From: Obrimoposthia wandeli | Taxonomy: Eukaryota | Assembly (NCBI GenBank): GCA_977020255.1 | Contig: CDROCS010002657.1 | Location: 248,001 to 312,000 of the forward strand | Length of the DNA: 64,000 bases | Reading direction: 5' to 3' | Shown here: positions 1 through 12,500 of the stretch, piece after piece | Layout of the letters: the number at the start of each line of letters is the position of its first letter | How positions within the stretch are numbered: position 1 is the stretch's first letter | Translations under genes and position numbers: made by a program | The notes under the pieces: model-generated | What the model was told of the DNA's origin: nothing | Database searches by the model: none | What the model saw: only the letters and a program-made list of their open reading frames with translations

Positions 1-423
1 TTACGTCGGATTTATAAAAACTTATTTTCTATTTTGACATGAAACTTCATTTTACGATTTGTTTCAAGTTTTCAGATTTTTCTGAGGTTTCGCACAGAAA
101 ATTTCGCCAATCTAAACAGCTATGACGAAAAACCGTAAATAGCAGACTGAACAGTAAATCTGAACTTAAATCTCCATCTCGATCGCACTGAAGCCCTATG
201 GGCCAGAAACAACCCGGATTCCCTGTTTATGCACACACCGACACAAATCGAATAGGCAGCTGAATTATCCGTCAGCATCTGTCAATCTATTCCACTGCAT
301 CGACATTGTTGCGTAATAACAATCTCGAAGTGATAAATCGAAACTAGGATGATAAAATTCTGACTTCAGGAATCTAATTTCAATTGGAATTCTATCTCAT
401 TAAGTCGTCCAATTTAAAGAGTA

Positions 424-497
424 CACAATCGCAGCCAATCAAACTCATGCTGAAACTCGGTTGGAGAACAAATATCCAGTATCCAGTATAAATATCC
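424..497 (+). promoter_or_regulatory. Core promoter of tetraspanin A (CCAAT 435-439, TATAAAT 487-493)
   Basis: Blocks ACAATCGCAGCCAATCAAA, CTCGGTTGGAG and CCAGTATAAATATCC are conserved, in the same order, upstream of paralogue B. Confidence 0.75.
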
Positions 498-557
498 GGG
501 TGTTTTTGTTGAGCAGTATTTCTACTGCGATATCCAAAGGTGAAATTCTCCTGGAAG

Positions 558-3500
558 ATGTGCTTGATTAAAGGAATTATAAAATGTATTCTGGGCCTTG
601 TCAATGGAATGATATTAGTGAGTTTCTTTGGATCCGGATAACTTCAAAACTTTTTTATTACTCTTTCTTAGTAATTGTAATGGTGACATTTTGCCTCTAA
701 AATACGTAAGAGTTTCAAACTAACTACCAGCCAACTTCCTATTTTCTCAAATCTTGGTGAGCGCGCGATGATCGAGGTCTGGGCTGCTTCCGGAGATAGT
801 CCAAGCCAGAGCGAGCGAGATTTGAGCGTATTGTGATACAGAAGGAAAATTTCATTCTTAATCGTATTTTTAGATTGTGTGAAATATTAGGAAAACTTTA
901 CTTAAACTTACTAAAATGTTACTGGAAACTGCAAATTTATTTCTGTTTTATTCAAGTAAATGCGCTAAATTTTGTAAATAATTTGTAAAAATATCCGGAA
1001 TAAAACAGTTATTAAATATTTTACTTTTATTAATTGAATTGTTTTTTCGTAAAGATAGCGACTTTCCGCGTATGAAACATGATATATTGATGAGTAAAGT
1101 TAATGTATAGTCATAATCCGCACCGCTTTTAGGCTTAGGCAACGTATGCGCCTGCCGAGGGTGGCAAATTTCAGATGGCAGCGTAAAATTTTGCTGATCG
1201 AAATATTTCATGTACAATGATATTTTATTTTAATATAATTAATCATATATTGACACCATATTGACTTATATCTAACATCTCATATTTTATTTTCGCAAAG
1301 GCATGCCAGATGCACATTACAAAATTGCAGCCCAGGGAAACAGAAAGCAATTCAATTTCACTCTAAAACATTTTACTGGCTATAATGAGATTGAAACTTC
1401 CCAGGCGGTTGTCGACGGGTGCAGAATTTGTTTCTAATTATATTGCTGATGGTGACAATACTGTGCTATACGATCTGCCGTCCTCCTCTAACACTATCAA
1501 GAAGACAAATTAAAGATCATGATCTTTTGAACATTTTATTGCTGACAGTGACAATACGGTAGTGGAATATCTACTATAAATATTGATGGGCGATAAATAA
1601 AATTTGTCCTGAAATGAGAATTTTTACATATGCGTATACAGTTGCCTAAGGGCGGCTTATTTTCATAAACGCTAATGGTTATAATAGGCAAGATTTGGCA
1701 AAAATCATCTTAAAATACCTCAAACGGTTTTTTTCATAATTTAGCAGTTTTTAAAACTTTAAGTTTCAGGTCGTAAATTATCACTTCATCTTAATAAATC
1801 ATCAATAGCAGATTCAAAGTAAACCAAGTTTTTTCATAATTTAGCATTTTTTAAAACTTTAAGTTTCAGGTCGTAAATTATTACTTCAACTTAATAAATC
1901 ATCAATAGCAGATTCAAAGTAAACCAAATCATGTTTGAATCTAAAATTGAGTTTAACTTAAATTCCTGAAGTTTAAATACTTTTGTAATATTATTGAGGA
2001 AAATTGTTTAGATCTATTGTTGATTGGTCACTACTCTACTTATTTCAGAACTATCGAAATATGAGGTTAAAGATTGAGAATTGTGGCATTAAACATTATT
2101 TAGAGGGTTCTACAAGTCCCATTAATGCATGTTGCGACTTTAATTGACATGATCTGAACTAATCCCAATTGCACATTTAATACCGTTTACAACCTTTTCA
2201 TATTGAAGTAATTCTGAGGATGATCTAAATAAACATTAATGGAGCTTTGGTCAATCCTGGAATAAAATTTAAATTCCTTCTTCTCGTCATATGCACCTAA
2301 GGTTTGTGACTGCTATCTCCCAGTATCTTTTCATTTTCATTGTTCCTTTTGCAAATATCCCCGTCTGTGTCATGTATTCTTTGTCTTCAAGTCCACCCCG
2401 ATTTGCAGACGCTCGGCATCATCGGAATGGCGGTTGGGGGCCTCTTGCTGTGGGGTATGAACGCTCTAATGCCGCACATGAACAGTGTTATGGCACAACT
2501 GAAGAAGTTCCTGTCTACAATTGGAGTAAAAGATGCCGACGAAACTTTGTCTGCTGTTGTTCAAACGATACAGTCTAACTCAGGTTGATAATAATTCCTT
2601 AGATGTATCTCATATCTTCAAATAATTGGAATCTTTATTTTTGAGATAGACGTTTAAGTCTAAATATCGTTTTCAAGTTCCAACAAAAAAACTCAAATTT
2701 ATCTAATTAACATAACACAACATAAACATATAATAGCGCCAGTTTCTTAAAAATTGTAGGGAATTATTATTCAAATCAGCAACTTTGAGTAGTTAACTGC
2801 AGCATCTTCTAAACAGGAACATCTTCAATACAGCGTCAATTTATCGATAATTGTGGGAATGAATATTCAAAGACGCTCCACAAATCAGCAACTTTGAGTA
2901 GTTAACTGCAGCATATTCTTTAAAAAAATCTTCCGAATTTTTCAGTATTATTACACTTTCTCACTGTCCAACTATTATGCACTAACCTGGAAAATGTTTT
3001 TCTTTCTTCTATTCACATATTTGAATTGCATTTTGAAATCATAATTTCTTGTCAAATCAATTTACCATAAATTAATTGAAATGTTCCTGTTTTATAAATA
3101 ATCTGTGAATAAATCTCACGGCTTTGTTCATATTTACTCGTAATCTATTTAGATAAAATTATTGAAGATTGTACGAATAATAATAAATGATAATTTAAAA
3201 ATAAAAAAATAACAATAACTTGTTTCTTGTTCTCGAAATATCTGCCGTTGTTCTACACGTCTATCTCTGTAGAATTTGTATGAAATAACGATTTATTTTG
3301 TGCGGCATAGGACTATCCATTTCTAGCATTGGATCTTTAGGTCCCCATCATAATCAATTTGGGTTGGAGAAGCTCTGAACGCACACTCAATTTCCATTTT
3401 GTTAGAGTTCCTAATCAATCATATTCATCTTCTGGCGGTGCTTCTTCTCCAGAACATATTGATGAATTTTCATGTGATACTTCCTTTTCCGATATATCCC

Positions 3501-6500
3501 CATCAGGTAAAACAACTAATGAAGTCTCCCACCTTCCCCGCTATCTTCATTATTTTCCAAATTGTTATCCATTCTTTTAATTTTAATCTAAAAACAATGT
3601 ATATATAAATAAGTTAAAATTATATATAAAATTGTTAACAATATTATTAAAAGAACAATAATTATAAAAAAATACAGTCAACAATTTTTTTTTAAAACTA
3701 ATTGATTACCACAGTATGATATGATACCAAAATAATAATAGTAATAGATATAAGTTAAAATATTACTAATATTAACTTAGCACACCTTATAACATAATTA
3801 CAAACTTTTTTAAACATCATATTTCATAATCTACATGGTTAAAATTAACTTGGAACTTCTACTTCGAAAGAAGCGATAGTTAGTAAGTTTTAAATGGGAA
3901 AAATTATTATGTAATTTGTTTCAATAAAATTAAAATGTGTTATAGTACAAAAATGACTAGTAGTAAAATATGAAAGAAAAAAAAGCGTATACAATTCATT
4001 TAAAACGTGGTGTCATATGCAATATTTATTTATAACCTGTTTAAACATAGCAGTACTGTCTAAATATTTTTACAAAAATACTCACTCAATTTAACGGCTA
4101 ATTTGAACCCCTTACTCTAAAAATTACAAAAGCAATAAAATGTCGGATATAATGTTAATGCAAAAACTCTAATTATTCTCCATCATCTCATTTATTCTTT
4201 CCATTCTTAATGATGGAATTCTCGAGCATACAATTTGGTGCAAACAATGGAAATCCAAAATGTGGAAATGTTTATTTAGACTTATCATTCACAAATTTTT
4301 CAATATTGTGTAGGAATTTCAATTGTTCGTGTTTTAACGTTCGATGTGACTAGTGAAATATTGTTAACGTTTTTGTTAATCTTGAAAAGTCGTAAATATG
4401 GTATTCATATGTTGTCGTTAGTGTATTTCTGTGTTCGAATGGGCACATTTTGTGAAAACAGAATACATATTTAAGACAACTGAAATTAAATGCCAGTTAT
4501 ATTCTCAAACTTAGCGTATTTGGTCTTATTGACGAGCAAATCTATTCCAATATGCTCACTGTGTATTTTAATGGCATTTTCTCTAAAATTAAGCCAATTA
4601 AGATGTGTTGTTAAGCAAATATTTGTCAACCTGACGTGGATTGAAGCAGACTTTCCTGAGACTATTGATCGAGAGTGCACACAGGGTGAAGTGGAATCAT
4701 TCTGAATTGATCTTGATTGGGAAACTATAACTACAGATTACCACATTTTTGTATTGTTCCCTACTATGAAACTCCAAGAAACAGATTTGTTGAAGTGTTG
4801 ATAAACAAAACAATTTGTGGAGTGTTTTTATGCATTCTTTTACTTTGAGAAAAACGAGGCTTCAACAAGCATGTGTGGAATACATTATTATTTAAAAACG
4901 TAAAATAAAGAACAATGGCTGTGACGATGATGAATTAATAATGTAATAAGAACATGCGACAGTCACATCAGATAATTATCCAATAAGAAAATACCCCACT
5001 ACTGAGATAACTACAATGCTAATGCATGCGATTATTACATCAAGACTGGATATTTCAATGAGCATGTATGTGCATCTTAGGAGCAACGATGATGACTGCA
5101 GATTGGTCAAGAAATTCTCAAATAACAAACTGAACTGATATTTGACAATTTATGCTCTGAATCTCCACAGCAATTTACTGACGGATATGAGAAACTGTGA
5201 CAATGTTGAGCCTGGTCCAGGAGCAACAACGATGACTGCAGATTGGTAAAGAAAGTCTTAACTAACAACAACTTATCAATGAATATAAGAAACTGGAACA
5301 ATAATGAAAAAAAACAAGAAGTATCTGAAGACTTTGCCATTTAGTAAATATTACGAAGAATAAGGGAAACCAGGAAACGTTTCGAGCGTTATATTGAATA
5401 TGTTGTTGTTATTATATACCTTTCATCAACTAATTTAAAACAATTACATGCTGGTAAATTTTCAAAACAGAGAATTTATAAAGCAAACTTAAAATTACGT
5501 AACATTTAATAAATTTTAATAAAAGAGCATAGAAAATTGGTTTTTTTTAAACATACAGGAGCTTTAAGAAACACGTGTCAAAGAATTAGGGACGAGCCAA
5601 TGTTATAAAATTTGCCTATTTGTCATTATTATTCAGTTCAAGGAAGTGAAGTATTAAAAAATCGGTTTATTTAAGTTTTGATTTTATACCTTACCAAATC
5701 TTACCTTATCAACCACATCCAGCAACAATCGGGACCATCATATTCGTGGCTGGAGTCTTCCTGACTGCAGTGGCAGTTCTCGGATACATCGTTCTCTGTT
5801 GTGTGGGTCTTAAGTGCGTCCTCTACACGGTACGAACACCGCATGAACTCCAATCGGGTATGGCGTCTCGGTCAGGGCGTCTAGTTGATTGGCTTACATT
5901 CAAACAAACTACGCATTCCTTTGAGCTACTGACCAATATTATCAATATTTTCAGCTTCGAGTTCATTATTTGAGTATTTTGAAGATGAGTGAAAACCAAT
6001 ATATTATTTAGAGAAACAGTTAAGGTAGGATTAGGAACAATATACGGAAACAAACTCGAACTGATATTAGTGATAGAATTAACACATTAAAGTTATACAT
6101 AATACGGTAATGCCCTTGATATTTTAGTCATAAAAATGATTCAAAAAATTAACCAAAAATATTTCATTGTTCATGTTGGGGATTATAAAATGAGCAATTT
6201 ACGAATTATCCGAATCCGAAAAAACAGAAAAAATTTACGTGTAACAAAAATTGCATCGAATTTTTGCTTTTATACCATAATCTTTATATTTGGAATTTTC
6301 ATTAAGAAATTTCACAAATTAAAAAGAAATTATAAATATTTTTTTATAATTCTTATTCTATTAAAATATACATAATTTAGCAAAAGTTGAATTTTTTGTA
6401 AAATGTTAAATTATGATAAATCATGTGACCTCTATTTGACCTTGATTTAGCTTGTCGGATTAATCTCTGTTCTGACGGTAACGCTCATCATTGTGGGTAT

Positions 6501-9500
6501 CGTCTACGGTAGCAATAATCAGGCAAAGGTGAGTACCAAGGCTTTTGGGGACCCCACACTCGGTGATTTTGACCAAACATTTGGTATAGTCACCGATACA
6601 AATGTTGCTTCAGTTATATTGGTTTGAAAATTATATTTAAATAACTAAACTAAAAATATTTACAAACTAATTTATGCAACAATAAATTCAATAAAATAAA
6701 CCAATAATTAAGAGAGTGGTGAGACGAAATTTTCAAAAATTTACCTTTCCTATTTACATTTTGAACCTTTTTTAGGTTAAAATTTTTCTTAAATATTTTA
6801 TTAGTCCGTTTTTATTAATTTCCGGTACTGGCATTAACTTATTTCATACCACGACTCGAGTTGTGGGACGAGTAGTATATTTATTTAAAAATGTCCCCTT
6901 AGTTCAAAATATTATTCATAGTAATTTTGAGTCTAATAACAGTTGAATATTATATTAAATTTGTGAGCCACGAGATTCGTCTATTCGTCAATTTTCTGCT
7001 GTTGCTAAAACTGTTATTTGCGGTCAAGCCAGTCAAAACTTAGACAAATCAGCCAACAAAAAGTCCACGTGTTTCATTAATATTAAGTGTGGTATTTTAA
7101 TTACGTAATGTAAATATTTTTGCCAAAAATTTTATTCTTTCTTACGGTCTGAAATTGGATTTTTATGTTGTTGCAATGTTTAGGCATACATTATTCGGGT
7201 TGGAACGCTGCTTTGGGATGAAATTGACTTGTTCAAATAAACTCAAAGCTAATGAGTGCAAATAAATGATATTAATGTACCTTCAGATAATGTTACAAAG
7301 TATCCAGTTCACCTAGCTTTGTAAATATTTGAATGTAACTCCACAATTCCAATCGCTGTTTAATTAAATGTCAGATAAATCGAGTATTTTGCTGCAAGTC
7401 CGTTTAACGTTGAAATTGTTATAAACTAAACCTGTTTCTATGAAGATAAAGTACTCTGCACTGACACTCAGTATATCATGACACTCAGTAAAAACATAAG
7501 AAAGCAAATAAAAAAATCACAGTATTGTAACTGAAAACTGGTCTTTATTTCATCAGAAATAGGTGGACCTATCAACACGGTATCAGCATTTAATAATAAT
7601 ATCAATATTAAAATCGAAAGAAAATTAAATTATTAGTCAATAATTATTTAGATTAAAAACAAAAATATACAAAATTTCAATGATTTATAACTTGAATGCA
7701 TATATAATAAAATAGTTGACTTTACATCAATTATTTTATAAATTTTAATCTGTAGATGTGGTACATTTAATTTATTTATTTAGATAAATATTTAATCATT
7801 AAAAACACTATCTTTGTGTTTGTTCATTAACAACCTAGGAGTAATTTACAACCACGTGTCACAGAGTTTATAGGAAATAACAGTGTCAAATAATCCATTA
7901 AAAATATGTTACAAAATTTCAAAAGAAATTCGTTCATCAAATAATTTTCTAAATTTTAATTTATTAACAAATTAGTTAAGAAGTTTTGAATCGGTTGAAA
8001 TGTAAATTTCCTTTATTAAACTTTGTATTAAGTTCATTACAAAAGTCTGATAATATTAGCCAAATATAACAATATTAAAACTGTAAAATAAATCATTATT
8101 GAAATTTTATTTATTATTTTCAACTGGTCTATAAGTCATTTGTATGAATATTTCTCTACATTTAATTGTAACCTAATGTATACTTAAATTAACTTCAATC
8201 ATTTATTTCTGTCGATAAATGATCGAAGAGAGAACAAAATACTTTCATTATTCTATTCGTATAAACTCCTTAAATTGATATACATGTGAAGAAACGGCGA
8301 TAATAGAAGACTAACAATTCAAATATCTAAATCGAATGTGTAAACAGTGTAATCCATCTATATACATATAAACGTTACTATACTTTGCCGTTAGAAGTGA
8401 GAAAGTGTAATAATAAAAATTCTAAAGAAAGATCAAGATGTTCCTGTTTAGAAGACGCTGCAGTTAACTACTCAAAGTTGCTGATTTGTGGAGCGTCTTT
8501 GAATAATAATCCCCACAATTATCGATAAATTGGCACTGTATTAAAGATGTTCCTGTTTAGAAGACGCTGCAGTTAACTACTGATGCACTCTTTCGTTATA
8601 AATATTTAACAAAAAATGCATTGGTTATTGTTGCTGAATGATTAAACAGAAATAACTGAAAAATATCCCACTGATAGTTGTAATGTTTGGTCCACTAATA
8701 GCAGGCCAATAATTGTGGTGAAGTTGATATGGTAATGATTATCTTGTTCCCTGTTGTGTTGGTGCAGCTATTCGGTCAGATCGAGTCTGGACTCTTCAAG
8801 CTGGTGGAGGGTTACAAGGGCTACAACTTCACCAACCCGGAGTCCCTGATCGTCAACGTGCTGCAGTCGAGAGTGAGTGAGGAATATGCAGAATTAGACC
8901 ATCAATTCAACCTCTTTTGCCAGAACAGAGGACCCTATGTCTACGGCACTGTAAAAATGACTAAATATTAGCCTGTGGTTTTATGTGAAAATAGTGCAAA
9001 GGAACTCATGCGGATAACTGTCAGTGAGGGTTGTTGTTGGTTTTTGAAGGAAAATTCAATTTCTGATCATTTCATCGATTTTTAGCCTGTGTAACAACGA
9101 CAATTGAAAATGTAAATCAATATAAAAGCTCATTTAAAATATGTTTAATAAAGGTTTTTATAAGAAAAATTAATAATTTATTATTAATAACATTTCGGTA
9201 CGTTGTATGCTATTGTTATTTATTTAATTTGAAAATGGATGAGCCTAGTTTATTTGAAATAGTGCTAGGATTCTAAATCTAAAAAGAGGTTGGGATATAT
9301 TTCGTAAAGTTTAAAATATGGAAAATAATGTGTTTTTATTTCAAAAATATTCCTTAAACCCATTTTCATACAAATTGCATGTATCCAAAATATATTGTAA
9401 AATGCGTTAATGGTGGAAAATGTAAAATCATATTGAGTATGGTTGCTTGATTTCGTTTTATAGTGCTTTGATTTATTTTGGTTATTCACTGTGTACTAAA

Positions 9501-12500
9501 TTTTGGCTTTGATCAATATCTGGAGTAGCGTGAACTAGAAACATAAATCATATATTGACAGGTGCAAGAAACAAAACCCCACGCAACTTGGTAGCTATAA
9601 CCTCACTAATATTTTCTTGCTTTTGTATGGCCTAAATAAAGTGTGAACTCGGAAAAAGAGAATATACTTGAACCATTCTAATACAATTGTATACTTGAAT
9701 TTTTGGAGTATATTAACTTGGAATCACCAAATATTAAAATGCTTTTTATAAGACATTTTTATTATTATTCATAATTGTTCGTAAAATCAGAGAAATATTA
9801 ATCAAAATAATTTTTAATACTTTTAAATAGTTAGAATTTTCAACAAAGTTTTCTTCGATATTTCTGCATCTAAGTTATGTTAAAAAAAGGTTTTTCTAAT
9901 TTTTTCATATAAATAAAACAAAAGTCAATAATATTATATTCAATATTATAAGTCAATAAATATTATAATAATATTATAATAGTCAATAATGATTTTGAAT
10001 TATGTCGAAGTTTATTTAACAAAACATATAACTTTTAAAATATTTTCTTTAAGTTCCTATTAAAATAGTTTATTTAAGTACCTATTGTATGGGTTGTTTG
10101 TTTTAATTAACCCAATTTTACCAGGACATCATTTTTTATAAAATAAAGAAAGAAAAAACACGAAGTACACAAAACAAAATTAATGCCTGCGTTCTTCTAA
10201 ATATATATTATATTAAAGTGTATTAATAGAAAGTGAATAGCTGTATTTGCTTTTATTAATATGTTAAACTAGAAAAGTAAAAAAAATTACATAATAAGTT
10301 AAATTCTATATTTGAAGAAAGCTTATTTAAATCGTTTTCGAATAAACTTCATACATAAATGTATTCTACTCAGTTTATAGGATTTGTTAAGATATATAAT
10401 TTTACAAATGCAGCTACTTATAAATGATAAATGCGTAACCTCCATCTATAAGTTCTTAGTAGGGTTATCGTGTAAAACAAGTTAAAGAAAATGCACGTAA
10501 ATTAATATATTATCAACTAAACAAGATAAATTCATTTAAGTTTTGTTCATAATTTTTTGTAATTGTATTTTTTTAATTTTGTTCTAAATTTAAAATAAAA
10601 ATGCTGTATGATTTTTCAGTTATTTTATTTCTTTTAAATTTTTATTGTTTATTAGTTAAACTTTTATTTCAAAACTACTATTTATATTGTAATTATGTTT
10701 CTGCATCTTCTATTTTCTAAATAATTAAAATTACTATCACGTGTAGCTCTACATTTGTATGACCTTGAAATTCATTTTTGTGCAGATGCATTGCTGCGGT
10801 ATCTACAACTCAACGGATTATCTGAAAGCTAGAAACTGGGTCAAACAAAGTTAGTAGTTTTTCAACAAAATAATGCCATGGATGTTATCGTTGTAGGTTG
10901 ACCGTTTTTTCTTTTTAAATAAAATATTATAAAAAATTATAATCAATTAGAAGGCAATTTAACCGTATTTTTAAAATATATATTTGAGAAATGAAGTCCA
11001 ATTTACGATGATTAACCAGACATTCAGAAGATGATGATACTGATAGTGACACTGTAGAGGTGGATGTAGACAGTCATGACTTCAACATTCCTAATAACGA
11101 TGAATTATTATAAGCTTTCTCTTAGCGAAATGACGTAACAACTCCGCCTGCTCTAGTCACAATTATTTTATAAGAGGGGTGCAAACTGGCAATACAGGAT
11201 TGGCAGTCACGAATTATTACTGGCTCACATACAAGTGCCTGGCAACCACTAATTGACGAACCGATGCTATGGCAACATCAGTTTCCTCTTGTGTAAGGGA
11301 TAAGGATAGATACATTCGTCTTACAAGTACACTGGAGCAACACAGGAGCTTCTGTTCGCGCACTTTGGTATATATATGCCTATATCTTTCAATGTTTACT
11401 AATACACCTTTGTTCGTCGTCTTGAAGCTCGGCAAGGAGTAAATAATGGCTAGATGGCTCCTTCATGAGCTCTCCGATTATAGCCAGATTGGAAGAGTGC
11501 GACTGTTTGACGATTTTTACAGAGACATCGTAACCTTTATCCTTAACAATCGCAAGTGAGAGATAAATGTTGATCGCATAAATGCTGCTTTCCTAGTCAA
11601 AAGAGTGCGTAAGTAGAATGACAATGTTGACCATTGAATGGGTTGAGAGCCGATGTCAAGGCGTAGATTGTCTACGATAACCATAACTTCTTTGTCCTCA
11701 AAATCGGCTATCTTTCAAGCAAATGGGAAGCTGTCATCGAGGTAAGAGATGAATATGATCGAGAAAATATATATTTGCAGATGTGTCCATTGAATTGTCG
11801 CCTTTTTTGACTTTTAAATGATTTTTAGTTAATCTGTAATTACTGTAAAATGATACGAGTTTTATTTTAGAAAAAAATTAATGAAGATAAGACGGATAAT
11901 ATTAGAATCACTTAAGATTTTTATTCACCGGGCCAAAACGATATTTATTGGAGACCATAAGTTCATTCAAATCTCTTCTAAAGTTCAAATTAGTTTGAGT
12001 ATTTTGACATATGTTTATATGATTAAAAGTAATTTGTACATTTTTGTACCTTAATTTTAACTGCACGTTTCTTTTGGCTTTGGAATACGACAACAAAAAC
12101 AAAAGTATTTTTCTTTGAAATGGAATAGCCAAGTAATTAAGACTCTGCTAGGAAACTGTCGGGAAGGGGCGTCATTGTGGCAGATCTTATCGTGATTTAA
12201 GAACGACCAAACCCCATAGAGTAAGAGTTATGTTGGAAAGATAAATGTGACATGAAGATAAATGAATTAATTAGATTTGTTTAAATATATTGGGAAATAA
12301 GCCAATGCATATGTCAAAATTCAAATCTCACGGGATGAACACATACACAATAAATGGGGAAGCAAAATACCTATAAAATGACAACCTTTAAAGTTTAGTT
12401 AGCTGCTACATACTTAAAGTATTGGCAAAAAAACTCTATTTTGCTCCATTAATAGAAGAAACCATGAGGAAAGAGCAGTAATTGGCTGTTTTAAGGGTAG

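Noticed and set aside
392-604. ORF-track ORFs 392..604(-), 29887..30192(+), 14369..14611(-), 27203..27412(+), 28649..29070(+)
   Set aside because: Antisense or off-frame shadows of tetraspanin exons.
8924-8950. 27-nt cassette exon (NRGPYVYGT) in tetraspanin A intron 5
   Set aside because: Weak donor (GTAAAA), no counterpart in paralogue B, and it would interrupt the helix leading into CCG.
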